Source of the DNA: a virus
Taxonomy: Duplodnaviria > Caudoviricetes
IMG/VR virus record: IMGVR_UViG_3300033420_000010
Span: 1 to 45,901 of that record
Strand: one strand, 5' to 3'
DNA: 45,901 bases
The translations under genes were made by a program, and so were the position numbers. Shown here in pieces: positions 34,959-44,497 of this stretch (position 1 is the first letter of the stretch; each line of letters opens with the position of its first letter). The notes beneath the pieces were generated by a model, which had not been told where the DNA came from, ran no database searches, and was given only the letters and a program-made list of their open reading frames with translations.

Positions 34959-35369
34959 ATGGCTAAAAGGTTAAACTATAAATATCATTCAGATGGTGAA
35001 TCGCCCGATCCATCTAATAACTATATATATGTTTTTGGTAGTAATGAAGCTGGACTACACAAACACACTAATTCTATTATTGCTCATAAACAGTTTGGAG
35101 CTGAGTTACTTGTTGGTAAAGGATACACTGGTAATAGTTACGCTATAGCGATTAAAGACAAGTTTATTAACACATTAGGTGTGCATCAGATAGCCGCTAA
35201 CATATCTTCTTTTTGTGAATTTACTCACACTCAACCTAACAGAAAGTTTTGGGTAAGCAATATATGTGATGAATATAAGATGCATAACCCTTGGGATATT
35301 GTTCCTATGTTTAGAAAATGTAATAAGAACTGTATATTTCCAAGAGTGTGGAGAAAGTTCTTAAACTAA
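34959..35369 (+). CDS. Macro-like fold phage protein (A1S_2505-like), degenerate paralog
   Basis: YVFGSNEAGLH, G..GNSYAI, KFWV; glycine loops absent. Confidence 0.6.
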   Translation: MAKRLNYKYHSDGESPDPSNNYIYVFGSNEAGLHKHTNSIIAHKQFGAELLVGKGYTGNSYAIAIKDKFINTLGVHQIAANISSFCEFTHTQPNRKFWVSNICDEYKMHNPWDIVPMFRKCNKNCIFPRVWRKFLN

Positions 35370-35379
35370 GGAGTTTGGT

Positions 35380-35784
35380 ATGGCTAAGTATAAATACCAC
35401 AAAGACATGACACTACCACAAGTTCACAGAGATTATGTCTTTGTTTTCGGCAGTAATATTAGTGGGATACATGGCGCTGGAGCTGCGTTAGTGGCTAAGA
35501 AAGTATTTGGTGCTGAGCAATTTGTAGGTGTAGGTAAAACAGGTAACAGTTATGCCATACCCACTAAAGACAAACGTATTAAAGTATTGCCATTAAACAC
35601 TATAATTAAATATATAGAACAATTTAAAGAATTCACTCATAGTCAACCTAATTTAAAGTTTTGGATTACACGAGTAGGATGTGGTTTGGCAGGATATCAC
35701 GATACACAAATTGCAAGCCTATTTAAGGGTTGTAATACTAACTGTGTGTTTGCTCAGGAATGGAAACCATATCTAGAAGACTAA
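35380..35784 (+). CDS. Macro-like fold phage protein (A1S_2505-like)
   Basis: FVFGSN.SGIHGAGAA, G..GNSYAIPTK, TRVGCGLAGY. Confidence 0.7.
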   Translation: MAKYKYHKDMTLPQVHRDYVFVFGSNISGIHGAGAALVAKKVFGAEQFVGVGKTGNSYAIPTKDKRIKVLPLNTIIKYIEQFKEFTHSQPNLKFWITRVGCGLAGYHDTQIASLFKGCNTNCVFAQEWKPYLED

Positions 35785-35786
35785 TT

Positions 35787-35820
35787 CACACCACACTAGC
35801 TTTAAGACTAGTGTGGTGTG
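35787..35820. terminator. Bidirectional hairpin terminator
   Basis: cacaccacactag/ctagtgtggtgtg between convergent genes. Confidence 0.75.
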
Positions 35821-35827
35821 GTATTTC

Positions 35828-37141
35828 TTAAGTTGTTAGATCAGCAACATCGATTTGCATTGCTTCTATCTCTTTACCGTGTGTAAGTTTCAAGAAAGCG
35901 TTAAGTAAAACAGAACTCAACTCTGCTGCCATATTAGTAACACCAGAAGGACTCTCTTTATAAACCTCACTTAAGCACTGATAACAGATGCTGTTGCCTT
36001 CAGTCGTACAATAAGCTGCACTTCTCATCTCTACGACTTTATCTATGTACTTATTAGCTTGGTCTATACTCTCTATAAGAATCCATTTACCTTGCTCTTT
36101 CACATACCTGTTGATAAGCTTAGAAGCAGTAGATTTAAAGATCACTCGCTTAATACCTACTTTAGTATTACAAGGTGTTCTGTTGATAGTTAAATTAGAC
36201 AAAGACCTTTGTAAGATCTTGTAAGCATAACCAGCTAACTGAGTACTTGCACCACGAGCGTAAGAACCCATACGAAGATCGTTCATGTATTTCACAAAGT
36301 CATCAGGATCACTAGAAATACCTTCACTTAAAGAAGGCATAACAGCATTAGTTTTAGTGGAAGGCTCGAATGCTAAAGCTTCACCAAAAATAAGGTAGAG
36401 TTTCTTTCTAGCATTTTTTTGTTTCTTGCTGAAGATTTTAGTAGCTGAAGGGTCATCTGCTAAATACGCATCATCTGCGTCTGTGAGCTTCTTAGACATC
36501 TCAACGAGTTTAACTGGATCATCAAGTTGACCCTCATACTCTTTGAGTAAATCTTTCTTAAGTTTATCTATTCCTGGGGGAGGTGTAATAACTTTAGGAG
36601 TAGAAGCTATATTAACGATATCAGCTAGATTAGTAACAAAATAAAGTCTATCTATACATTCGATCATCTCTGGTACCAAGATATCTCCTGGCTTAGCTTC
36701 TTCTTCGTTTTTAACTCTGCTCGCTAGTATACCTTCTAATAACTTAACACTAATAGGTGTATTAATATAGTCTAATTTTGTTTTTAGACTAGGGTAAATT
36801 ACTAAAGCGTTGAGTATTAAATTACCTAGCTTGGTAGTAATCTTAGATTTAATGGAAGGCAGCCATGAACTATCAACTTCTATTAAGTCTTGAAAAGTAA
36901 ATAAAGGTGTATCTTTCTTATAATCAGAAATAGGAATAAGTGTAACTGATCCATCTTCAGCTAGATCAGTGTAAAACATACCTTCTGGTTTAACTACAAT
37001 AGTTAAAGGTGTAGAGTTGTTATTCCATTTATCTTGAGTAGAAGTAAGAGGTATACCTATGGTTGATACATACCAAGACTTATTAGAAATGATATTAGTA
37101 GTTGTAATAGACTTCTTTAAGTATTCTAATTTAGTTGCCAT
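35828..37141 (-). CDS. rpoC: Split phage RNA polymerase, beta-prime C-terminal piece (phiKZ gp80-like)
   Basis: Bridge-helix-like R.GSYARGASTQLAGY..K.L.R, C.T..G, zinc site MRS..YC......ICYQCL; start at 37141 after GAGG (ORF track 37156). Confidence 0.8.
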   Translation of the reverse strand: MATKLEYLKKSITTTNIISNKSWYVSTIGIPLTSTQDKWNNNSTPLTIVVKPEGMFYTDLAEDGSVTLIPISDYKKDTPLFTFQDLIEVDSSWLPSIKSKITTKLGNLILNALVIYPSLKTKLDYINTPISVKLLEGILASRVKNEEEAKPGDILVPEMIECIDRLYFVTNLADIVNIASTPKVITPPPGIDKLKKDLLKEYEGQLDDPVKLVEMSKKLTDADDAYLADDPSATKIFSKKQKNARKKLYLIFGEALAFEPSTKTNAVMPSLSEGISSDPDDFVKYMNDLRMGSYARGASTQLAGYAYKILQRSLSNLTINRTPCNTKVGIKRVIFKSTASKLINRYVKEQGKWILIESIDQANKYIDKVVEMRSAAYCTTEGNSICYQCLSEVYKESPSGVTNMAAELSSVLLNAFLKLTHGKEIEAMQIDVADLTT

Positions 37142-38027
37142 GAATATTGTCCTCACGAGTTTGTTGTTTTTGTACTTCTAAATAGATATTAAAGTCATTT
37201 AAAAGATCTAACATGATATTATTGATCTTGGTCACATTAATCAATGAAGAAGTAAAGTAACTATTAGACTGTTTAAATTTAAGAAGAGGAATCTCGTATG
37301 CATCTTTAGAGATGATGATAAGACTAAGAACATCTAAAGCTGCTTGAGGTGCGTCTGTTTGAATAAGATTGTCAATGTAAGTAGGAACATCTATATCAAT
37401 GAGATTAAGGAGTTCTTGTAAAGTCACATTGGTATAGCCTTCTTCAAAGAACTTCAAACCTAAACAGTTGTGCTTATCAATGAAATTAAAGAAGTGTTGG
37501 ACATGCTTTAAGTGAGGTTTATCAATAGCAGAAATTGTATCGTTGACTTTAAAGTATTCTTTTAATGAGTTAATGAAAGACTCTTCCACTGAATCAATGA
37601 GTTCTAAGAGTCTTGGTTTAGACAGAAGTGAGTAGTGCTCTATTAAGTCAACTAAGATACGACGAGGGGTGTCTTGAGCGTTAAGTCTATACGAGAGGTA
37701 GGAGTAATCATCTAGATTCTGGATGATGTAGAGAAACTGTGCAAGCTCGTTTAGTTCGTTTAAATCAATATTGATATCAGTAGATAGATTAATGAGATGA
37801 TCGTCTAGAATGGCCTTTATATCGCGCTCTAGAAGCATTATGAAACGATCACTCTTGTCTTCTGTTGAGAGTGTCACATCTCTTTGAATAAGATCACTGT
37901 ACTTCGTCTCGTAATCAGGAACGGTAAAGTTTTCTAAGATAGAAAAGGAAGTAAAGACTGTTTCCCTCTTTCCTTCTACAAAAGTGATGTTGATATAATA
38001 AGTTGTTAAATCTGTTAAATTAAGCAT
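37131..38027 (-). CDS. Conserved hypothetical protein upstream of the beta-prime piece
   Basis: 298-aa ORF, AAGGA RBS, overlaps the next start. Confidence 0.65.
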   Translation of the reverse strand: MLNLTDLTTYYINITFVEGKRETVFTSFSILENFTVPDYETKYSDLIQRDVTLSTEDKSDRFIMLLERDIKAILDDHLINLSTDINIDLNELNELAQFLYIIQNLDDYSYLSYRLNAQDTPRRILVDLIEHYSLLSKPRLLELIDSVEESFINSLKEYFKVNDTISAIDKPHLKHVQHFFNFIDKHNCLGLKFFEEGYTNVTLQELLNLIDIDVPTYIDNLIQTDAPQAALDVLSLIIISKDAYEIPLLKFKQSNSYFTSSLINVTKINNIMLDLLNDFNIYLEVQKQQTREDNIHGN

Positions 38028-38212
38028 GTAGGCATCCTTTTTTAGTACTCAAAGCATCTTGGAAAAAAGAAAAAAGAAAAAGGTATTAACCAGTTTCTTT
38101 CACATTCCTCTAAATACCTCAATCTTCACTACATCTCTTACACAAAGGTGAAGAATTTGTTGGATTGATTTCGATTTCTGACTCATCATACCAGTTCTTC
38201 CTAACGGTATTA

Positions 38213-38363
38213 TTGACATCCTCCCCGGCCTGAAGGCCGGGGATTCCTAAGGTTACCCTTAAGAGTTACCACTTCAAAGAGGTACATGCTACCAGTTGCC
38301 TGATAGTAGAGGTAAAGAACTCTCCATGGTCTGAACCTGAGTGTCCTCTCAGGCGTTGTTAGA
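38213..38363 (-). ncRNA. TnpB omegaRNA (reRNA) scaffold; guide predicted to continue into the flank TAATACCGTTAGGAAG
   Basis: Structured 150 nt between stop codon and TCAA end; internal TTGA could pair with terminal TCAA; conserved in copy 1; 5' boundary uncertain. Confidence 0.8.
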
Positions 38364-39596
38364 TTAGCCAGCTACAACGGCTACTTCGCCGTGGTGTGAC
38401 TTCGAGGCTGGCAGTGTAGCGTAGAGCTCCATAGCCTTATTCTCGATGTTAGCAGCTGCGTTTAGGTCTCTGTCGTGTGTGTTGCCACAGAACGGACACT
38501 CCCAAGTGCGCTCAGATAGTGAGAGCTTCCTCTCAAGCTGCTTACCTGTTAAGGAACAAATGTGGCTGCTTGGGTAGAAGGTGCTCATATAGATGAGGGT
38601 AGCATGTTGGGATTCCACCACCTTGTACTGAAGCTTTTGGAAGAACGAAGACCAGGCTGCGTCTTGTATAGCTTTACTGAGCTTGCGGTTACGTATCATG
38701 TTGGCAACAGCTAGGGCTTCTACACCGATGACGTGGCTATTGTTAACCAGTGTACGAGTTGCCTTGTGTTGCCAGTCATGACGGGCGTTGGTGACCTTTT
38801 GGTGTAGCTTAGCTACTTTGATTCTGGCTTTAGTGCGGTTCTTACTTCCTTTGGTTTTCCTTGAGAGGGATTGTTGGTGACGCTTAAGGGATTTAAGGTG
38901 GTTTTGAAGCCACCTGGGGTTCTCTAGTTTGTCACCTGTAGACAGAGTTGCATAGGTTTTGATGCCTAGGTCGATACCTACGTTGGTCTCACCGGCAGTC
39001 TTTTGAAGAGTGTACTCACAGGTGAAGGAGACGTAGTATTCCCCTGATGGTGTCTTGGAGATAGCTAGTGATGTAGGGTAGCTTGGCAACTCTCTGGACC
39101 AGATGACTTTAAGGGGAGTATCTAGCTTAGCGATATAGAGCTCTTTACCCTTAAGACGAAAGCCATTTCCCATCAGGTTAAACGACTGGCGCTCTACTTT
39201 CTTCTTGAAGGTTGGCTTAGAGAAACGGCCTTTACGCACACTCTTGAGTGACTTGAAGTAGCGGTCATAGGCACCACCTAAGTGTATAAGAGTTTGCTGT
39301 AGAGCCACAGCTGATGTTTCTTGGAGCCAAGCAGTCTCTGGGTTATTACGGTGTATGGCTACCCTACAAGAGAGTGCGTTAGAAGAGAGGTTAGGTTCTT
39401 TGATGGTATCAGTGATTGTGCCATTTTCTTTGGCAAAAACGTAGGCTTGATGTTCCCTTTGGGTGTCTGCCAGGACTTTGTTATAGAGGAAGCGACAAGC
39501 ACCGAAGGTTTTAGCTAAGAAGTGCTTTTGCTCGTCTGTAGGATAGATGCGGTATTTGTAACCCTTAACGAAGGGCTTTTTAGGAGACTGTTCCAT
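38364..39596 (-). CDS. tnpB: TnpB RNA-guided endonuclease, copy 2
   Basis: YKYRIYPTDEQ...FGACRFLYN; RuvC GIDLG / GVEAL / DRDLNAA intact. Confidence 0.95.
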   Translation of the reverse strand: MEQSPKKPFVKGYKYRIYPTDEQKHFLAKTFGACRFLYNKVLADTQREHQAYVFAKENGTITDTIKEPNLSSNALSCRVAIHRNNPETAWLQETSAVALQQTLIHLGGAYDRYFKSLKSVRKGRFSKPTFKKKVERQSFNLMGNGFRLKGKELYIAKLDTPLKVIWSRELPSYPTSLAISKTPSGEYYVSFTCEYTLQKTAGETNVGIDLGIKTYATLSTGDKLENPRWLQNHLKSLKRHQQSLSRKTKGSKNRTKARIKVAKLHQKVTNARHDWQHKATRTLVNNSHVIGVEALAVANMIRNRKLSKAIQDAAWSSFFQKLQYKVVESQHATLIYMSTFYPSSHICSLTGKQLERKLSLSERTWECPFCGNTHDRDLNAAANIENKAMELYATLPASKSHHGEVAVVAG

Positions 39597-39772
39597 GTTG
39601 TAACCCTTTCATTAAGTTGTGTTGTTAATGAGACTTTATGTAACCATAGTATTTACGTTTCATCCCCGGCCTGAAGACCGGGGCCTTCACTAACCTTTAG
39701 GTAACATTTCAATCTCCTATTAACAAACACTGCTTACTATCAACCGATAGCAAGAACAAACAGTATCCGTTT

Positions 39773-39790
39773 ACAATTAGTATATATGTA
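39773..39790 (-). promoter_or_regulatory. Putative phage promoter TACATATATA-N5-TGT reading into the IS
   Basis: Exact motif match; followed by AGGAG and an ATG at 39707. Confidence 0.65.
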
Positions 39791-39815
39791 ACCATAAAAA
39801 ATTTCAATGTCAAAT

Positions 39816-40259
39816 TTAGGAAACCTGTAAGTTTATAGAATAAGCTGCGTCTTTGAACATGTAGTCATCTATCATAACGTTTCTTCTATTCCAAGGAGAG
39901 ATGTCTTTATTAAAGGCTGAACGAGCAAACATACCCTTCATATTTGTAACCATAGAAACATTCCACTTAGATAAATCTCTATTAAAAAGACTACCATAGA
40001 ACATATACATCATGTTAGTGACTCGGCAAACATTCCAATTCGATATATCCCTATTAAATTCACTACAAACAAACATAGCTGACATATCTCTAACCTTAGA
40101 GACATTCCATTCAGAGATGTCTCCATTGAACTTAGACTTTTTAAAAAGATAAGACATATCTGTTATAACGCTAACATCAAGATGGTTTAGGTTAGCATAT
40201 ATGTCAGATGCGGCTATAATGTCGCTTAACTCTTTCTTGTTCTTTACCAAGTATCTCAT
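39816..40259 (-). CDS. DUF285/BspA-like repeat protein
   Basis: Repeated FN.DIS.WNVS.V..M..MF units. Confidence 0.85.
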   Translation of the reverse strand: MRYLVKNKKELSDIIAASDIYANLNHLDVSVITDMSYLFKKSKFNGDISEWNVSKVRDMSAMFVCSEFNRDISNWNVCRVTNMMYMFYGSLFNRDLSKWNVSMVTNMKGMFARSAFNKDISPWNRRNVMIDDYMFKDAAYSINLQVS

Positions 40260-40301
40260 TTAGTTAATCCCTTTCTATTATACTCAAGGAATTTCTAGAT
40301 T

Positions 40302-40343
40302 AACTACACCACTAGAGGAACTAAGCCCTCTAGTGGTGTAGTT
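40302..40343 (-). terminator. Hairpin terminator
   Basis: aactacaccactagagg/cctctagtggtgtagtt. Confidence 0.7.
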
Positions 40344-40350
40344 TAAATTA

Positions 40351-41826
40351 TCAAATTTTTAGTACACTAATTTGTTGTAGCATGTAATCAGTGATATACC
40401 TTATTGTACTATATAACGCAGCCTCCAAAGGCTCCGTCTTGTCGTCCATAGCCATGATCTCTTTCATTTCTCTCAGTAAAAACCATGCGTTGCTAAACCT
40501 AAAGCGATACTTAGATACTAGTTCTAAGCAGATGTCATCCAGACAATCAATCTCAGAGAGTTGTAACTCATCAATATACTTATTTGCTAACGCTAATGTC
40601 TCTTCAGTATAACGAGAAGAAGTGTTAAAAACTTCTTTTTCTTCATCAGTACAGTCAGCAATAGAGACTTCAAACTGTTGACGCAAAATCTGTTTAAAGA
40701 TATCGAGCTTACTTCTATTCAAAGTAATCAAATACAAGCTTCTGGTGTTTCTCCACTTATCAAGATAGTCACTAGCTTTAGCAACAATCTGATCAACTGT
40801 AACGTCGTTCTTATTATCACTAGAGATACAACCAAATACTGCATCAATCGTTACACCTTTTTCAGCTAAAACAGCAAAGCTCTCTTCATAGATCGTAATA
40901 TCTAACGAGTCATTGTTAAAGTAAGAGAACATCACATTAGAGTCAGTGGTCAAGAGTCTACCATTTCTGATATCTTTACCATAAGCTTCAACAGCAACAC
41001 TTAACTTATTACCAAAGTAGTCTCTGTTACCTGAGGATTTACCCTTCAGAGCAATAGAAGAATACCCTAAATTAATAGCACCTTCTCCAATAACAACTTC
41101 ACCTTTTTCAGTCAAGTTCCTAAAGAAGAGATAATTCACTAAAGAGTAATCAAGGAGTTTATTAGTAGCTAGACTATACTCAGCAACATTAGTCGTGATA
41201 TAAGACAAAGCTTGATCTCTACCAACTGTGTTAAACCAATCTACGATAGATTTATCTTGAGACTCATCACCAGTTAAAATGTACTTAAGTAAATCAAACT
41301 CTGGATTATTGAGAGTTTCTAAGCTTAAAGCTTCACAATAGAAATTACCAGAAGAATTAGCATAAGAAGAGATCTCGCTTGTAATGAGTTCAGACTTAAA
41401 AACATCACTGAGTTTAAAATAAGAGATCTTAAAGAAGTCTTCTGGTTCTCTATATTTATAGTTAGTCAGTGTGGTCTCTAAAGACTCTTTGAGTTTAACA
41501 ACTTCCTTATTAACAACATTCCTAGTAAAACTTAAATGTTTAGAAGTAAGTTCAGCTAAGTCTTCAATATAGTTGTCCATGATGGTATCATGGGTTGACT
41601 GACTGTAAGTCTTAACTGATTTAGAGGAAACTACACTACCAGTGCTAGCATTAACAATACCTGGCTCAATATACTCTTCCTTATCAGGATTGCTGAACAT
41701 ATTGTTCTTGACAGAGTTAGTGAGCTCTAATAAAAGTGTTGATTGTTTAGGAACAAGTGATAAACTTCTATCAGTGATGACTTTAGCTAGATTAGTTGCA
41801 ATAACAACTGATGAATTAGAAAGCAT
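40351..41826 (-). CDS. Hypothetical phiKZ-like protein next to the DNA polymerase
   Basis: 491-aa ORF, AAGGAG RBS. Confidence 0.7.
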   Translation of the reverse strand: MLSNSSVVIATNLAKVITDRSLSLVPKQSTLLLELTNSVKNNMFSNPDKEEYIEPGIVNASTGSVVSSKSVKTYSQSTHDTIMDNYIEDLAELTSKHLSFTRNVVNKEVVKLKESLETTLTNYKYREPEDFFKISYFKLSDVFKSELITSEISSYANSSGNFYCEALSLETLNNPEFDLLKYILTGDESQDKSIVDWFNTVGRDQALSYITTNVAEYSLATNKLLDYSLVNYLFFRNLTEKGEVVIGEGAINLGYSSIALKGKSSGNRDYFGNKLSVAVEAYGKDIRNGRLLTTDSNVMFSYFNNDSLDITIYEESFAVLAEKGVTIDAVFGCISSDNKNDVTVDQIVAKASDYLDKWRNTRSLYLITLNRSKLDIFKQILRQQFEVSIADCTDEEKEVFNTSSRYTEETLALANKYIDELQLSEIDCLDDICLELVSKYRFRFSNAWFLLREMKEIMAMDDKTEPLEAALYSTIRYITDYMLQQISVLKI

Positions 41827-41839
41827 GTCTGTATCTCCT

Positions 41840-42058
41840 TTAAGTTAATAGTTTTTCTTTGATACGATTAGCAACTAGTCCTGATAGAACAGATCTACTC
41901 AAAGACTCTTTACCAATGGTATCAGCGATATCTTTACCAGCGACACGAGTAACAACACTGGTGACTAATTCTACTACGTTAGATAATACAATAGCGTTAT
42001 CTGAAACTTTATTAACACGAACAACGGATTGTTGCTCTTCGATAGTTAAATCTGACAT
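41840..42058 (-). CDS. Small hypothetical protein
   Basis: AAGGAG RBS before MSDLT at 42058 (ORF track 42091). Confidence 0.6.
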   Translation of the reverse strand: MSDLTIEEQQSVVRVNKVSDNAIVLSNVVELVTSVVTRVAGKDIADTIGKESLSRSVLSGLVANRIKEKLLT

Positions 42059-42151
42059 GAGATCTCCTTTAAACAGTAGGCTAATAATCATAGTATTTTT
42101 TACTTACAAACGAATCAACTGATTGAGGAACAGTTAAAAAAGGAAATAATA

Positions 42152-44275
42152 ATGCAAGATATCTTCTTCTATGATAAAGAGAAGTACACAAATCAACTCA
42201 ACCCTGTTAAAGGTTATTTAGAACAACTTAGTCACTATATCTCTATTAAAAAAGGTATACCGCTAGATCAAGCTGCACCACTAGCAAGAACAGTTCTCAG
42301 AGAGCATTTCAAAGACAAGGCTGTCAAGTACTTTGATCGACAAGAAAATGGTGACAGAATCGTAGGAGAATCTACTCTTCTTCAGTATATCATTAACAAC
42401 ATCAAAGCTAAGAACATCCTTGTTCCAACATTCACTTCATATGTTAATACAAGTGTAAAGAAGTCTATCCTCTCAGAGTTCATTTTCGAGAACGTTAAAC
42501 GTCGAAGTATAGCTAAGAAAACTTCTCACAAAGCTAAAGCTCTAGGAGATATGAATCTCTTCACTGCTAAGAATAATGAACAAAACATGATGAAGATTTA
42601 TAACAATTCTTTATCAGGAGCTTTTGCACAAGAAGCTTGTATCCTTCATAACCCAACAGCACATAGTACTCTTACTTCTATCACAAGAACAATCACTTCT
42701 TTATCTAATGCTAGTAATGAAAAACTCATCGCAGGTAATCGCTACTATCCAAGAGGTATAGATATTTTCAACAATATAGTGTATATCTCCACATACGCTA
42801 ATATACCTCAAATAAAAGAAACTATAGAGCTATATAACTTATATGTTCCTACAATAGAAGATACTGTTAATGTTCTTCGTTATTCTTCTGATCTCTACTT
42901 TGTAGATAAGACTTACTACGATAAACATATTATCCCTTATCTTACTAAACTTTCACCTTACCATTTAGCTGCTATTTGTTACAGTGGAGATTTATATCAT
43001 TTAAGAAAATTTAACAGTAACTTTGTTAAGAATATTCTTGAAGAGATTATTACACCTATTCTTGTAGAAGACAACAGTGAAGACTTAGTTAGTAAAATCT
43101 ACAGTATCAACGAGAATGTACTAAGCTTTGTTCATGTTATTCTTTTCTCTTCTATGAAAGGTAAAGGAAAAAACTACGACGAGATGAAGAAGTTAGGTAT
43201 AGCTGGTAATATCTACCACACAGCTTTACATGTAATAGAGACTTTTAGAAAGTATAAACCTTTCTTTAGTTGTTTTTTTCTCAATGAGATTTTCCCTAAT
43301 AATAGTTACAGACTCAAAAACATGAGAAGGCGAGTTGTTGTTCTCAGTGATACTGATTCAACTTGTTTTACTTTAGATGAATGGGTTAAGTGGTATAACG
43401 GTAGTTTTAGTATTAACGATAAGACTTTAGCTCTTTCAGCTTGTATAGGTTTTATAGGAGCACAGTCTATTATTAATCAATTAGCGATAGTATCTAAGAT
43501 GATGAATGTAGATAAGAATGACCTAAATACCTTAGCGATGAAAACAGAATGGTTTTGGTTGAGTTTCTTCCCCCTGGAGGTAAGCAAACATTACTTTGCT
43601 AGTGCCTCAGTTCAAGAAGGTAATATCTTTAAAGAACCTGAATTGGAAGTAAAAGGTGTTCATATTAAGAACAGTGCTATTACTAAAGCAATTACTCAAA
43701 AAGGTAATGAGTTAGTTAAGTATATCTTTAACCGCATTTCTAAGGATGAAAAAGTCAAGTTTAACTATATTCTATCAGAGATGATAGCTGTAGAAAATGC
43801 TATTGAACTTAGTGTTTTAAAAGGTGAGAGTTCTTTTCTTAAGAAGTCAAAGATCAAGAACAAAGAGTCTTACGCACAAGATGAGACTAAATCTCCTTAC
43901 CAAAGACATCAGTTTTGGATAGATGTGTTTTCTCACAAGTATGGAACGATTGTAGAGCCTCCTTATGATGTTGTTAAGTTTCCTACTATCGTAGAGACTC
44001 GACCTGCTTTAAAAGAATGGGTAGAGTCTATTGAAGATATAGAGTTTAAAGACAGATTAAGTAACTGGATAGTGGTTAATAATAAGACTTCACTACCTAC
44101 TGTTTATTTAAATGAACAGTATGTAATAGGTAATGGTATTCCTAAGGAAATTGTTAGTATTATTGATATTAAGAGAATTATACTTGATATTACTTTACAG
44201 TATAGGATGATTTTAGAAGGATTAGGTGTAATGCTTCATGAAGATAAACTTATACGTGAGCAGTTTAATATATAA
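42152..44275 (+). CDS. Family-B DNA polymerase palm-containing subunit (phiKZ gp50-like)
   Basis: Q..MKI..NSLSG (motif B), LTSITR, SDTDST (motif C), KHYF, E.KGV. Confidence 0.8.
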   Translation: MQDIFFYDKEKYTNQLNPVKGYLEQLSHYISIKKGIPLDQAAPLARTVLREHFKDKAVKYFDRQENGDRIVGESTLLQYIINNIKAKNILVPTFTSYVNTSVKKSILSEFIFENVKRRSIAKKTSHKAKALGDMNLFTAKNNEQNMMKIYNNSLSGAFAQEACILHNPTAHSTLTSITRTITSLSNASNEKLIAGNRYYPRGIDIFNNIVYISTYANIPQIKETIELYNLYVPTIEDTVNVLRYSSDLYFVDKTYYDKHIIPYLTKLSPYHLAAICYSGDLYHLRKFNSNFVKNILEEIITPILVEDNSEDLVSKIYSINENVLSFVHVILFSSMKGKGKNYDEMKKLGIAGNIYHTALHVIETFRKYKPFFSCFFLNEIFPNNSYRLKNMRRRVVVLSDTDSTCFTLDEWVKWYNGSFSINDKTLALSACIGFIGAQSIINQLAIVSKMMNVDKNDLNTLAMKTEWFWLSFFPLEVSKHYFASASVQEGNIFKEPELEVKGVHIKNSAITKAITQKGNELVKYIFNRISKDEKVKFNYILSEMIAVENAIELSVLKGESSFLKKSKIKNKESYAQDETKSPYQRHQFWIDVFSHKYGTIVEPPYDVVKFPTIVETRPALKEWVESIEDIEFKDRLSNWIVVNNKTSLPTVYLNEQYVIGNGIPKEIVSIIDIKRIILDITLQYRMILEGLGVMLHEDKLIREQFNI

Positions 44276-44388
44276 TTATTTGGTTGAGATTTGGTTGAGG
44301 AATGTCGTTGGATCGCCATTTAAAATAAGAGACTTCTACCATAATAGAAATAGTCTCAGGTTAATCTTTAAAGAAGTTTAATTTTAAA

Positions 44389-44423
44389 AATACCTTAAGT
44401 AGTCAAAAGCTGCTTAAGGTATT
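44389..44423 (+). terminator. Hairpin terminator
   Basis: aataccttaagtag/ctgcttaaggtatt with one G-U pair. Confidence 0.55.
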
Positions 44424-44442
44424 CTTTAGTGTGTTAAATTTG

Positions 44443-44497
44443 TTTATCCTTTGATAGCTTTTCGGTTTTTAACTTTTATCTAAGGAGTTTAGTATGA
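44443..44497 (+). repeat. 55-bp leader/RBS repeat, copy B
   Basis: Identical to the reverse complement of 19348-19402. Confidence 0.95.

Larger units (their letters stand above)
38213..39700 (-). mobile_element. Complete non-autonomous IS200/IS605 (IS1341-like) element
   Basis: Minus strand: TTAC | ...AAGG-CCCCGGTCTTCAGGCCGGGG (left end), tnpB, GAAT-CCCCGGCCTTCAGGCCGGGG-AGGATG-TCAA (right end); fits IS608 guide/cleavage pairing; no tnpA. Confidence 0.9.

Noticed and set aside
38213-39700. IStron (group I intron-IS hybrid)
   Set aside because: Only about 100 nt lie between the left end and tnpB, too little for a ribozyme core, and the element ends in TCAA rather than G
40351-41826. Chimallin (phage nuclear shell protein)
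   Set aside because: Near the polymerase but shorter than expected and with no motif I can recognise
44280-44300. Tandem ttggttgag duplication after the polymerase gene
   Set aside because: Two short copies only; no supportable function
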